NCBI GenBank assembly: GCA_963851415.1
Contig: CAWKPF010000003.1
Location: forward strand, 2,007,695 to 2,071,694
DNA: 64,000 nucleotides
Direction: 5' to 3'
Origin: an uncultured Acidobacteriota bacterium
Lineage (GTDB): Bacteria; Acidobacteriota; Thermoanaerobaculia; Multivoradales; Multivoraceae
Shown: positions 22,606-32,655 of the stretch, piece by piece
Numbering within the stretch: the first letter of the stretch is position 1
How the letters are laid out: every line of letters starts with the position of its first letter
Notes under the pieces: generated by a model
What the model was told of the DNA's origin: nothing
Seen by the model: only the letters and a program-made list of their open reading frames with translations
The model's database searches: none
Made by a program: the position numbers and the translations under genes

Positions 22606-22950
22606 CTAGCTCGCTGCCCTCGTCTTCCCCAGCAGCACCTCCTTCATGTCACCCTCGGCCTGGAAGGTGACCGCGAGGAGATAGGCGCTCAGCACGAGTC
22701 CACCGCCGAAGAAGCCCAGCACACCCCACATCAAGCCCAGGGGCGAGAAATGGTGGCGCCAAGCCAGCCAGAGCCCGGACAGGGCGAGCAGGCTCATGAA
22801 GTCGAGGTTGAACTGCCCTGGCCATCCCATCGCTCGCATGTCTCCGAGAAAGACTTCGAACAGGCCGATGCCATGATGGGTGATGACCACGGCCGTGTAT
22901 CCGGCGATACAGACGAAGAGAACCACCAGCAGGACTCGAAACGCGCTCAT
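22606..22950 (-). CDS. Small integral membrane protein (4 TM), function unknown
   Basis: 114-aa ORF with four hydrophobic helices; convergent with the GNAT gene with a 1-nt gap. Confidence 0.4.
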   Translation of the reverse strand: MSAFRVLLVVLFVCIAGYTAVVITHHGIGLFEVFLGDMRAMGWPGQFNLDFMSLLALSGLWLAWRHHFSPLGLMWGVLGFFGGGLVLSAYLLAVTFQAEGDMKEVLLGKTRAAS

Positions 22951-23063
22951 TGCTCTTCCTTCCTCCTCACTCCTCCACCGCTGCTCGAGAATGCCCTCGA
23001 CCTGCCTCGACCGGGTTCATGGATCCTGACACTCGGGATGATGACTTCTCGGGTGCGAGTGCT

Positions 23064-24371
23064 TCAGGGATAGATCTTGTACAGCATCCGCGGATACGGA
23101 ATGGTCTCTCGCAGATGAGGGACGCCGCTCATCCAGGCCACGAAGCGCTCGAGCCCCATGCCGAAGCCGGAGTGAGGAAACGTGCCATATCGCCGGACGT
23201 CCAGGTACCACTGAAAGGCCTCTCGCGGCAGGTCGTGCTCCTCGATTCGAGACAGCAGTAGATCGTGGTCGTGAATTCGCTGACTCCCGCCGATGATCTC
23301 GCCGTACCCCTCGGGGGCGATCACGTCGAGAGCGAGAGCGGTCTCGGGCCTTTCGGCGTCCGGCTGCATGTAGAACGCCTTGGTCTGCGTCGGGTAGTGG
23401 GTGATCATCAGCGGACGGTCGTAGCGACTCGCCAGGAGCGTCTCTTCTTCGCCGCCGAAATCGTCACCCCACTCGACGGTCTTGCCCTCTTCCGCCAACA
23501 GGGCGATCGCTTCGTCGTAGGTGACCCGAGGAAAGGGAGCCTGGATCGCCTCGAGCTTCGACAGGTCGCGTTCGAGCACCCGGAGCGGCTCCGCGCAGTT
23601 CTCGAGCACTCTTCCTGCCAGATAGATGACGAACTCCTCGGCCAGGACACAGAGCTCGGGAAACTCCATGAAGGCGATTTCCGGCTCGACCATCCAGAAC
23701 TCCATCAGATGACGACGCGTCTTGGACTTCTCCGCGCGAAAGGTCGGTCCGAAGCAGTACACCTTGCCCAGGGCGGCCGCGGCCGGCTCCAGGTAGAGCT
23801 GACCCGATTGGCTCAGGAACGCCGGGTCTCCGAAGTAGTCCGTTTCGAAGAGAGTCGAGGTGCCCTCGCAGGCGGCCGGCGTCAGGATCGGAGAGTCGAC
23901 CAGGTAGAAGTCGCGCTCGCGAAAGAAATCCCGGATGGCGTGACTCACCTCGCTTCGCACCTGCAGCACGGCCCGCTGTTTGCTCGAACGAAGCCACAGA
24001 TGGCGATGAGCCATCAAGAACGCGGTACCGTGCTCCTTCGGAGTGATCGGAAACTCCTCACTTTGATGCAGCAGCCGGAGGCTCCTGGCGTGGACCTCGA
24101 CCCCGCTGGGCGCACGCTCGTCCGAGGTGACGGTGCCCACGATCTCGACGGTCGCCTCCTGCTGGGCCTCCTGCAGAGCCTCCCACGAGAGGTCGTCGAC
24201 GTCAGCACGGCTCACCACCACCTGCACAAAGGCGCTTCCATCACGCAGTTGCACGAATCCGATCTTGCCGCTGGAACGCTTCTTGGCGACCCAACCGCGC
24301 AGCAGTACCTCCTCGTCGACGTGCTCCGGCAGGTGCTGGACCCACGTCTGTGCCATCGCCTGTTCTGACAT
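23064..24371 (-). CDS. asnS: Asparagine--tRNA ligase
   Basis: OB-fold N-domain and class II core motifs FRAE...GGSQRIHD...GFGMGLERFVAWMSG; start trimmed to MSEQAM (24371). Confidence 0.9.
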   Translation of the reverse strand: MSEQAMAQTWVQHLPEHVDEEVLLRGWVAKKRSSGKIGFVQLRDGSAFVQVVVSRADVDDLSWEALQEAQQEATVEIVGTVTSDERAPSGVEVHARSLRLLHQSEEFPITPKEHGTAFLMAHRHLWLRSSKQRAVLQVRSEVSHAIRDFFRERDFYLVDSPILTPAACEGTSTLFETDYFGDPAFLSQSGQLYLEPAAAALGKVYCFGPTFRAEKSKTRRHLMEFWMVEPEIAFMEFPELCVLAEEFVIYLAGRVLENCAEPLRVLERDLSKLEAIQAPFPRVTYDEAIALLAEEGKTVEWGDDFGGEEETLLASRYDRPLMITHYPTQTKAFYMQPDAERPETALALDVIAPEGYGEIIGGSQRIHDHDLLLSRIEEHDLPREAFQWYLDVRRYGTFPHSGFGMGLERFVAWMSGVPHLRETIPYPRMLYKIYP

Positions 24372-24460
24372 TGCTCTGAGAATCCTCGGGGGAGTTCGAT
24401 TACTGGAGTGCGGCGGGAAGACGTGGGAACGGGGATCATAAGCGGGGCCTCGAACGAGGG

Positions 24461-25156
24461 TCAAGGCGACAAGCGGGCGAGCGCCGATGCCGCCGCGCGG
24501 CGCTCGGCTTCCTTCTTGGTGCGCCCCTCTCCCCGGCCGACCGTCTTTCCTTCTACCAGGCACTCGACCTGGAAGGTCCGATCATGGTCCGGGCCCTGGC
24601 TCGAGGCCAGCACGTACTGGGGAAGATCTCGCCGGTCTGCCTGCAGCATCTCCTGCAGCGTGGTCTTGGGATCCTTCTCGCTCAGCTCATCGCGGCGCTC
24701 GAAATCACGTTCGAGGAGCGGCACGATCGCCTGTCGCGCCGGCTCGATTCCGCCGTCGACGAAAAGAGCACCCAACAGAGCTTCGAAGACGTCGGCAAGG
24801 AGTGACTCCTTCTCGCGCCCACCGGTCCTCTCCTCCCCCGCACTCATGATCAAGAGATCGCCCAGCCTCCATTCCCGGGCGTGCTCTGCGATGGCGGCCG
24901 CGCTCACCAGGTAGCTCTTGATGCGAGCCAGATCTCCCTCCGGGGCCTCCGGGAGTCGTCCATAGAGCCACTCGGCAGCGATCAACCCGAGGACGGCATC
25001 CCCGAGAAACTCGAGTCGCTCGTACTGCTCGTCGCTTCCCTGTTGATGAGCCGAAGAACGGTGCGTCAGCGCGATCCTCAGGAGGTCGTGGTCCGCGAAC
25101 CGGTGTCCGAGCAGGCTCTCCAACCCGTCGATCCGCTCTCGGTCCAGCCCCTTCAC
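24461..25156 (-). CDS. rnc: Ribonuclease III
   Basis: ERLEFLGDAVLGL RNase III signature and C-terminal dsRBD. GTG start at 25156 with GAGGAG SD, 11 nt after the mutL stop. Confidence 0.9.
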   Translation of the reverse strand: MKGLDRERIDGLESLLGHRFADHDLLRIALTHRSSAHQQGSDEQYERLEFLGDAVLGLIAAEWLYGRLPEAPEGDLARIKSYLVSAAAIAEHAREWRLGDLLIMSAGEERTGGREKESLLADVFEALLGALFVDGGIEPARQAIVPLLERDFERRDELSEKDPKTTLQEMLQADRRDLPQYVLASSQGPDHDRTFQVECLVEGKTVGRGEGRTKKEAERRAAASALARLSP

Positions 25157-25167
25157 CGCATCACTCC

Positions 25168-26934
25168 TCAGTTCCCCCGCCGACCGAAACGGCGCTCCAA
25201 CTCGCGGTCGTCGAGCTTCAGAATGGTCGGGCGCCCATGGGGACACGTGTAGGGCTGCTCCGCACCGAACAGGTCGGAGATCAACCGCTCCATCTTGCCG
25301 AGGGAGAGCGGATGATGGATCCGAACCGCGTTGCGGCAGGCCTTTGAAGCGGCAACGCTATCGAGCAACCTCGCGCCGAGATCGACGTCTCGGTCTCCCG
25401 CTTCCGAGACCTCCTCTGCCAGATTCAGCAGCACTCGCTCGGCCTGGTCACGCCCCAGAATCGCAGGGACAGCCCGCAGTGCGAGATCTCCCCCGGAAAG
25501 GGCGTCGAGCGAGAAGCCGAACGGCTCCAGTGCCTCGGCCAGCTCGGCGAGGGCCTGCGCCTCTGCCGGTCCCAGCTCGAGGATCTCGCTCACCAGCAGC
25601 GGTTGACTCTCGACCTTCTGGTCGCTCATCGCGGAACGGAATCGCTCGTAGAGGATGCGCTCATGAGCCGCATGTTGATCGACCACGTAGAGCGCATCGG
25701 GACCCTCCACCAGAATCAGCGACCCTTTGTATTGACCGAGGATGCGTAGCGATCGGTCTTCACCCCTGCGTCCGGAAAGTACCGCTCCACGCGCCTGCCA
25801 CGGTTCGTAGCTCACCTCGGCCACTCCCGAAGCGAAGTTCTCGCTCAGAGGGCCGTCCTCGGCGTTGCGTCCGCCGACCCCTTGCCACGCGAACGCCGCC
25901 GGGCGACTGGAGGGGTCGACTTCTCGCAGCGGGGCCGCTTCCTCCCCGCGGGCCGCCTCGAGTCCGCGGCGCAAAGCACTACCCACCTGCCCCAGGATCG
26001 CTCGATCCCGAAAGCGCACTTCGGCCTTCTGAGGGTGCACGTTGACATCGACCTCGTGAGCCGGCACGTCCAGGAACAGGAAGAGCGCCGGATAGTCTTC
26101 ACCGTGCCAAAGGTCGCGTACGCCTCGATAGAAGATGGCGAGGAGACTCCGGTCACGCAGGAGACGCCCGTTGACGAAGGTGAACAGGCGCCTGCCCCTC
26201 GTGGTCTCGCGGTCACCGACAAATCCCCGCACGATCGCATCGCCGGGCAGCGGCACCAGGTGCTGCGCCAGATCCTCGCCGAAGAGATCCGCGATCCGCT
26301 GGCGGACGCCTTCCACCGTAGCCTCGCGTGGCGGGAGATCGAGCAGCGCGCGCCCCTCGTGAATCAACCGAAAGTAGGTCCTCGGGTGGGCTAGCGCATA
26401 GCCCTGGACCACCTCCGTAGCCCGTCTCAGCTCGGTCGATGGACGCTTGAGGAACTTACGCCGGGCCGGCACATTGAAGAAGAGCGACCGAACTTCGACG
26501 TCGGTGCCCCGAGCGCGTGCCACGGGCTCGAGCGCAGTCGGTGAGCCTCCTTCCACCACGACTCGGGTTCCCTCTCCGGTAGAGACTGCGGTCCGCAGCT
26601 CCACCTGCGCGACCGCGGCGATCGCGGCCAGCGCCTCACCGCGAAAGCCCAGCGTGGAGACTCCCTCGAGATCTTCGAACGTCGAGATCTTGCTCGTGGC
26701 GTGGCGCTCGAAGGCCAACGAGGCATCCTCCACGGCCATCCCTCGACCGTCGTCTCGAACCGCGATCAAGGAACGTCCTCCGGACTCGAGCTCGACTTCC
26801 ACGCGGCACGCCCCCGCATCGAGTGAGTTCTCGAGCAGCTCCTTCACGACCGATGCCGGCCGCTCGACCACTTCACCCGCAGCGATCTGGCTGATGAGGG
26901 TCTCGGGAAGGCGTTGGATGGCGGAGATCGGCAC
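25168..26934 (-). CDS. mutL: DNA mismatch repair protein MutL
   Basis: GHKL ATPase N-domain (IAAGEVVERPASVVKELLENSLDAGA) and C-terminal dimerisation domain. Confidence 0.9.
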   Translation of the reverse strand: MPISAIQRLPETLISQIAAGEVVERPASVVKELLENSLDAGACRVEVELESGGRSLIAVRDDGRGMAVEDASLAFERHATSKISTFEDLEGVSTLGFRGEALAAIAAVAQVELRTAVSTGEGTRVVVEGGSPTALEPVARARGTDVEVRSLFFNVPARRKFLKRPSTELRRATEVVQGYALAHPRTYFRLIHEGRALLDLPPREATVEGVRQRIADLFGEDLAQHLVPLPGDAIVRGFVGDRETTRGRRLFTFVNGRLLRDRSLLAIFYRGVRDLWHGEDYPALFLFLDVPAHEVDVNVHPQKAEVRFRDRAILGQVGSALRRGLEAARGEEAAPLREVDPSSRPAAFAWQGVGGRNAEDGPLSENFASGVAEVSYEPWQARGAVLSGRRGEDRSLRILGQYKGSLILVEGPDALYVVDQHAAHERILYERFRSAMSDQKVESQPLLVSEILELGPAEAQALAELAEALEPFGFSLDALSGGDLALRAVPAILGRDQAERVLLNLAEEVSEAGDRDVDLGARLLDSVAASKACRNAVRIHHPLSLGKMERLISDLFGAEQPYTCPHGRPTILKLDDRELERRFGRRGN

Positions 26935-26982
26935 AGCCTGATTCTGCCCTATCTTTTCGGCCCGGCCCGGAATCCGGGAGAC

Positions 26983-29742
26983 CTAGCTCTGGTCCGGCTC
27001 CGAGGCTCCCTCCGCCAGGACCCCGGGACCGTAGCCCGTGTTGGCCAGACGAGCTCGGGCCGATGCCAACCGAGCGACCGGCACCCGGTAGGGCGAACAG
27101 GACACATAGTCCAGCCCACAGCGTTCGAAGAACGCGATCGAGTGGGGCTCCCCACCGTGCTCGCCACAGACGCCCAGCTTGAGATCGGGCCGAGCCATGC
27201 GTCCTCGCCGTACCGCCATCTCGATGAGCTGCCCGACACCCTCGACGTCGAGTCGCTCGAAGGGATCGAACGGCAACACGTCCGATTCGAGGTAATGGGG
27301 TAGGAAACGGCCGACATCGTCACGGGAGTAGCCGTAGGTCATCTGGGTCAGGTCGTTGGTGCCGAAGGAGAAGAAATCGGCCTCCGGTGCGACCCGATCG
27401 GCAGTCAGACAGGCCCTCGGCACTTCGATCATGGTGCCGATGGGAATGTCGACCTCGACGCCTAGCTCAGCGGAGATCCGCTCGACGACGGCGACTGCGC
27501 GGCACCGCAAGCGTCGCAACTCCTCAGCCGTTCCAACCAGCGGAATCATGATCTCGGGCCTCGACTCGCTGCCTGCGGTGCGGGTCCGGCAGGCAGCCCT
27601 GACGATCGCCTCGACCTGCATGTCGTAGATCTCGGGAGCGGTCAGCCCCAGCCGGCAGCCGCGATTGCCCAACATTGGATTGGTCTCGACCAGCGCCGCC
27701 ACCTTGTCCTTGACGTCGTCGACCGTCTCCCCCATCTGTTTGGCCAACTGCTCCATCGACTTCTGTCCCTTCGGGAGGAACTCGTGCAGCGGTGGGTCGA
27801 GCAGCCGCACGGTCACCGGCTGTCCTTCCAGGGCTTCGAAGATCCCCTCGAAGTCCTGCTGCTGTACCGGGAGCAGATGTGCCAGCGCGTCGGCCCGAGC
27901 TTCCGCGTTACGCGCCAGGATCATCTGGCGTACCCAGGAGATCCGATCTTCGGCGAAGAACATGTGCTCGGTCCGGCACAGCCCGATCCCCTCGGCCCCG
28001 AGGGTGCGCGCGACGGCGGCGTCTTCCGGGGTATCCGCGTTGGCTCGAACTCCGAGGCTCCGTTCGCGGTCGGCCCACTCCAGAAGGCGCAGGAACGAGA
28101 CCACGGCCGGGCTCGATCGTTCCCCGGTCGGTGACAGCAGGGTGTCGATCACTTCGGACGGACGGGCCCGAAGCGATCCGGCGATCACCTCACCGCGTCC
28201 CCCGTCGATCGACAGCTCATCTCCCTCTCGCAGGACGTGGTGGTCGACCCGGAGCTCTCCTTCGTCCTCGTCGAGCGACAGTGTCGAAGCCCCCACCACG
28301 CAAGGGCGTCCCAGTCCTCGAGCGACCACGGCGGCGTGCGAGGTCATGCCCCCCCGAGTCGTGAGAATCCCTGCACTGGCGTGCATCCCCACGATGTCCT
28401 CGGGAGAGGTCTCGTTCCGGACCAGAAGGACCGGGCCCGCCTCCGCCATTGCGGCCGCGCGCTCTGCCGTGAAGGCAATTCGGCCCGAGGCCGCTCCCGG
28501 CCCGGCAGCGAGCCCGTGGGCCAGCAGTCTGCCCTCGGCAACCGCCTTGTCGCGCTCCGCGGTGTCGAAGACGGGCGCCATCATCTGCACGAGATGGTGC
28601 GGCTCGACGCGGCGCAGTGCCTCTCGACGATCGATCAAACGCTCTCGAACCATGTCGACGGCGATCCGCACGGCCGCTGGTCCGCTTCTCTTACCAGCGC
28701 GCGTCTGCAGCATGTAGAGCTTGCCGTGTTCGATGGTGAACTCGACATCCTGCATGTTGCGGAAGTGCCGCTCGAGTACTCCACACATCTCCTCCAGTTT
28801 GTCGAGAGCCTCGGGAAAGCTGTCGCGCATCCCTCCCCCCTGGCCGTCGACCGAGGCGATGCGGAGCGGAGTGTGAGTCCCAGCCACCAGGTCTTCGCCC
28901 TGAGCGTTGACCAGGTACTCTCCGTAGAGCTCGAGCCGACCGTCTGCCGGATTTCGCGTGAACGCCACACCGGTCGCGCAATCCGGCCCACGGTTGCCGA
29001 ACACCATCGCCTGGACATTGACTCCGGTCCCGAGATCCTCGGCGATGTCGTGGAGCCGCCGGTACTCCCGAGCCCGGCGGTTGTTCCAGCTGTCGAACAC
29101 CGCCCCGATCGCCCCCCAGAGTTGCTCCCTGGGATCCAAGGGAAACGGGCTTCCTCCCTCCGCTACATACTCCTTGAAGCGCTCGATCACCTCGTCGAGT
29201 GCCTCCACCGAGAGTGAATGATCGCTCTCGCTTCCCGAGCTCGCTCGGATCTCGTCCAGAATGCGTGCGAAGCCATGATAGGGGCGCCCGAGCACCACAT
29301 CGCCGTACATCATGATCAGGCGTCGATAGCAGTCGCGCAGGAAGCGAGCATTCTGATCGCTCGTCGAGCCGGCCGCAACAACGTCGTCGTTGAGGCCCAG
29401 ATTCAGGATCGTGTCCATCATCCCGGGCATGGAAGTCGCCGCCCCGCTGCGCACCGAAACCAGCAGCGGGTCGTCGAGCTCACCGAAACGGCGACCCACG
29501 CGAGTCTCCAGCTCCACCATCTGCGCGTCGAGCTGCGCTTCCAATCCCGGGGGGTACTGACGCCCCGCCGCGTGATAGTGCCGGCAAACCTCCGTGGTCA
29601 GAGTGAAACCCGGCGGCACCGGGATTCCGAGCAGGCTCATTTCCGCCAGACCGGCCCCTTTTCCACCCAGCAGCGGGGCCATGTCGCCGTCTCCTTCGGC
29701 ACCGCCTTCACCGAACGCGTAAATGTACTTCTCACTGGTCAT
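26983..29742 (-). CDS. ppdK: Pyruvate, phosphate dikinase
   Basis: 919 aa; PEP-utilising domains and the GGMTSHAAVVARG phosphohistidine region; start trimmed to MTSEKYIY. Confidence 0.9.
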   Translation of the reverse strand: MTSEKYIYAFGEGGAEGDGDMAPLLGGKGAGLAEMSLLGIPVPPGFTLTTEVCRHYHAAGRQYPPGLEAQLDAQMVELETRVGRRFGELDDPLLVSVRSGAATSMPGMMDTILNLGLNDDVVAAGSTSDQNARFLRDCYRRLIMMYGDVVLGRPYHGFARILDEIRASSGSESDHSLSVEALDEVIERFKEYVAEGGSPFPLDPREQLWGAIGAVFDSWNNRRAREYRRLHDIAEDLGTGVNVQAMVFGNRGPDCATGVAFTRNPADGRLELYGEYLVNAQGEDLVAGTHTPLRIASVDGQGGGMRDSFPEALDKLEEMCGVLERHFRNMQDVEFTIEHGKLYMLQTRAGKRSGPAAVRIAVDMVRERLIDRREALRRVEPHHLVQMMAPVFDTAERDKAVAEGRLLAHGLAAGPGAASGRIAFTAERAAAMAEAGPVLLVRNETSPEDIVGMHASAGILTTRGGMTSHAAVVARGLGRPCVVGASTLSLDEDEGELRVDHHVLREGDELSIDGGRGEVIAGSLRARPSEVIDTLLSPTGERSSPAVVSFLRLLEWADRERSLGVRANADTPEDAAVARTLGAEGIGLCRTEHMFFAEDRISWVRQMILARNAEARADALAHLLPVQQQDFEGIFEALEGQPVTVRLLDPPLHEFLPKGQKSMEQLAKQMGETVDDVKDKVAALVETNPMLGNRGCRLGLTAPEIYDMQVEAIVRAACRTRTAGSESRPEIMIPLVGTAEELRRLRCRAVAVVERISAELGVEVDIPIGTMIEVPRACLTADRVAPEADFFSFGTNDLTQMTYGYSRDDVGRFLPHYLESDVLPFDPFERLDVEGVGQLIEMAVRRGRMARPDLKLGVCGEHGGEPHSIAFFERCGLDYVSCSPYRVPVARLASARARLANTGYGPGVLAEGASEPDQS

Positions 29743-29879
29743 GGCACTCGACTGTCCTCTTCGTTCTGGCTGGGAGATCACTGCGCGGGGATCATGGATC
29801 ATGACACAGCGTCGCCGGCGCAACACACCCTTCTGAGCGGGATCGGCAGCCGATCACTCGTGCAGCGGAGCCCGCAAGC

Positions 29880-31838
29880 TCAATCGCTGCCTGCTGTCAC
29901 TTCGAGCTCGGCCAGTCGCACCTGACGGCAGTACACCCGGTGCACGGCCTGCAGCAACGCGAGCCGGTTGTGGCGCAGATCTTCCTGCTCGTCACGCACC
30001 AGAACCTCGGAGAGGAACCGTTCGAGACTCTCGGTGAGCGCCGACATGGCGCGAAGCCATCGCCGGGACTCTCCCTGCTCGAGCGCTCTGGCGATCGCAT
30101 CGCGGCTCGAGCGCAGCCGGTTCCACAACTCCCGTTCGGCCGGCTCCCTCAACAGGTCCGAGTCGACCCGGCCCTCCGGAGACTCCCCCAGCACCGCCAC
30201 CAACCTCGCCGCTACCTGGACCACACGCGGAAACTCCTTCTCCTCACGGGCCTCGTGTACGACCACCAGCCGACGCTGGACCAGCGGCAGCAGGCTGCTG
30301 CCGCTCGCTCCGAGCACGGCTTCGATCTCGTCCCACTCGAAGCCCTCGCGCGCGAACACCAACCGCGTGCACCGATCGAACACGGCGCGCATCGCAGCCA
30401 CCAGGTCACGTGCCGACCCTTCGGGCGGTCCGGCCAGGCGTACGGCGCGTGCAGCAGCCAGGTCGAGATCGAGATCCACGCTGCCCTGGAGCAGAATCCG
30501 CACGACTCCGATTCCGACTTCCTCCAGATCCGAGGAGTCGGGGCGATCCGACCTGGCCTTCTTGGACGGCGGCTCTGGGGAAGACAACACCCTGACGAGC
30601 CTTTCCAGACGCTGACTCAGGGCCACCGCCTTGCCAACGCGGCCCCGGGGCGTCGCTTCGCCACTACGCTCAGGCAGCCGGTGGTCATACACCCCTTGCC
30701 AAACACTCTCTGGATAGCCCTCTTCTCTCGCGAGAAGGCCGCCGACCACACCCCGGAGGCCTGGCAGCAGCCCGACCAGGCGTGTGTCCATGTCGGCCCC
30801 GATCAGGCCGGCGGCCTCTTGCGCTCGATCGGCCTCCTCCCTCCATCCCAGATCCTCACAAAGCGCTGCCGCCAATGCAGACACTCTCTGACTGATCTTC
30901 GCCTCTTCCTGCTGCCCCCTGGCGTGGAGGCGTCGACGCTGACGCTCGGCCAGCGGAACCCTGCGATCCTCGTCGTAGTGCTCGCGCAGCTCTTCGAGGT
31001 GCCGTTGCAGGACGAGCTCCTGTCCCCGACGCACACTTCCCGTGGGATCGTCGAGCCTGTCCATGGCAGTGACGAAGCGGGGCTTCAACTCCGCCGAGTC
31101 GACCGCCTCAGCCACTGCGAACGACCCGTGCCTCCGGCGCAGACAGCGCACGATCAGCTCCCGGGGAATCGATAGGAACTCGGGGTCCAGCTCTCCCGCC
31201 ACGGCACCGGGGATTTCCACGCCCCTCACCAGCTCGTCCACGAGCTCCTCGTCGACAATCAGGTGGCCGCCCCCGACCTTCTCGAGTGCCAGGTCGAGTC
31301 GCTCGCACAGAATCCGTCGTCGTTCCCCGACCTGAACCTCGATCCCACGGCTCGACAGCTTGCGGTTGTAGTCCGTCGAATCGGAAACCGCAAAGGGCTC
31401 CGGCGAGAGAACCGGATGACCGATGGTAGTTCCGACGCTCAGGGAACCGAGTGCCTCGATGCGCACCGGCTCTCCATCCAGCACGGCCAGCACGGCTCGA
31501 ATGGGCCGCACCCAGGGTGGAGAGTCCCCGATCTGCGGCAACCTGGAAGGCCAATCGACCCGGCGAAGCGCGATCGGTACCGCGGCGGCGACGATCTCAC
31601 GGCCTCGCTTGCCCTTCTCCTCCAGCCCCTCGAACCCGCGCAGCAGGACCGTCATTCGGCGACACGTGAAGCTGGTTGCGGACCGACTGGGAGCGAGGTC
31701 CTGGCGACGCAACTCGCGCACCAACTCTCGCTTGAGCTGCTGCACTGCGGCGCTCAGGAGTCTGCCAGGGAGGCCGTCGGTTCTCACTTCGAGGAGAAAC
31801 TCGGTCAAGTCGAGGCCTCCGTCAAGAGGCGCGCGCAC
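29880..31838 (-). CDS. glyS: Glycine--tRNA ligase beta subunit
   Basis: N-terminus FLLEVRTDGLP matches the GlyS start; 652 aa. The annotated start overlaps the glyQ stop by ~34 nt, so the true start may lie slightly downstream. Confidence 0.8.
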   Translation of the reverse strand: MRAPLDGGLDLTEFLLEVRTDGLPGRLLSAAVQQLKRELVRELRRQDLAPSRSATSFTCRRMTVLLRGFEGLEEKGKRGREIVAAAVPIALRRVDWPSRLPQIGDSPPWVRPIRAVLAVLDGEPVRIEALGSLSVGTTIGHPVLSPEPFAVSDSTDYNRKLSSRGIEVQVGERRRILCERLDLALEKVGGGHLIVDEELVDELVRGVEIPGAVAGELDPEFLSIPRELIVRCLRRRHGSFAVAEAVDSAELKPRFVTAMDRLDDPTGSVRRGQELVLQRHLEELREHYDEDRRVPLAERQRRRLHARGQQEEAKISQRVSALAAALCEDLGWREEADRAQEAAGLIGADMDTRLVGLLPGLRGVVGGLLAREEGYPESVWQGVYDHRLPERSGEATPRGRVGKAVALSQRLERLVRVLSSPEPPSKKARSDRPDSSDLEEVGIGVVRILLQGSVDLDLDLAAARAVRLAGPPEGSARDLVAAMRAVFDRCTRLVFAREGFEWDEIEAVLGASGSSLLPLVQRRLVVVHEAREEKEFPRVVQVAARLVAVLGESPEGRVDSDLLREPAERELWNRLRSSRDAIARALEQGESRRWLRAMSALTESLERFLSEVLVRDEQEDLRHNRLALLQAVHRVYCRQVRLAELEVTAGSD

Positions 31839-32653
31839 TGCTCCGCCGCCTCACCCAGGCGAGTCGACCAGAGCTCGGTCTCCTGCTCGGAGAGGGCGAA
31901 GCGTTCCGCCATCAAGGCCACGGCCAGCTGCGACCGGGTCAGCAGTCGCCAGGCGGGAATCGGTAGAGAAGCCTCGATGCAGCTCTTGGCCTCGGCCCAA
32001 CAGTCCTCGGCCTCTCGAACCAGTTTCGGGATGGCGACGAACCCTCCCTCGTACTCTCTGGACTGACGCTCCTCGAGAGAGCGCCAACGCACGTAGTTGG
32101 ATCCCAACAGGCCAAGGTGCAGATTGCCGGAGTCGCCTTCACCGGCCAGCCTGGCGAGAGGCTCCAGATACAGACGCAGCTCGAGGGGGAGCGGATCGAG
32201 CGCGATCCCCGCCAGCCGCCGCAGGTACCCGATCCTCCCAACGTCGAGGCCGTTCATGCGAATCGTCCACCCGATCGACTCGATCCGAAGAGCCCGAGCG
32301 CTCCACTCGGAGGCCACCAGGGCCAGATCGTGAGACGCGAGATCCAGCTGCAGCGTGCTCAGACTCCGCGAGACGCTCTCCTGGGCATTCAGGGACCCAG
32401 GGTGCAAGAGCACCTGGTAGCAGGGCTCACGGGAAGAGTTGCCTGTTGCCTGCCAGTGACCGCGACTTCTCCCTGGCCTGCGCATGGAGCTGGTGCCGCA
32501 AAAGCGAGCCTCCTCCCGGGTCAGGAGAGCGAAAACGGTGGCCACCTCCGCCAGCGGGTCCGGAACGACGTGATCGCTCGTAGGCAAGGGGACACACCCA
32601 TTCTCTCTCCAGAGCTCCTCGAGCGCGTCGAGCCAATGTCCCGATGAAGCCAT
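31805..32653 (-). CDS. glyQ: Glycine--tRNA ligase alpha subunit
   Basis: HWLDALEELWRENGCVPL and GWTIRMNGLDVGRIGYLRRLAGIALDPLPLEL align to the GlyQ core. The track ORF carries a spurious 200-aa 5' extension, trimmed here to MASSGHW. Confidence 0.85.
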   Translation of the reverse strand: MASSGHWLDALEELWRENGCVPLPTSDHVVPDPLAEVATVFALLTREEARFCGTSSMRRPGRSRGHWQATGNSSREPCYQVLLHPGSLNAQESVSRSLSTLQLDLASHDLALVASEWSARALRIESIGWTIRMNGLDVGRIGYLRRLAGIALDPLPLELRLYLEPLARLAGEGDSGNLHLGLLGSNYVRWRSLEERQSREYEGGFVAIPKLVREAEDCWAEAKSCIEASLPIPAWRLLTRSQLAVALMAERFALSEQETELWSTRLGEAAEQCARLLTEAST

Positions 32654-32655
32654 GC

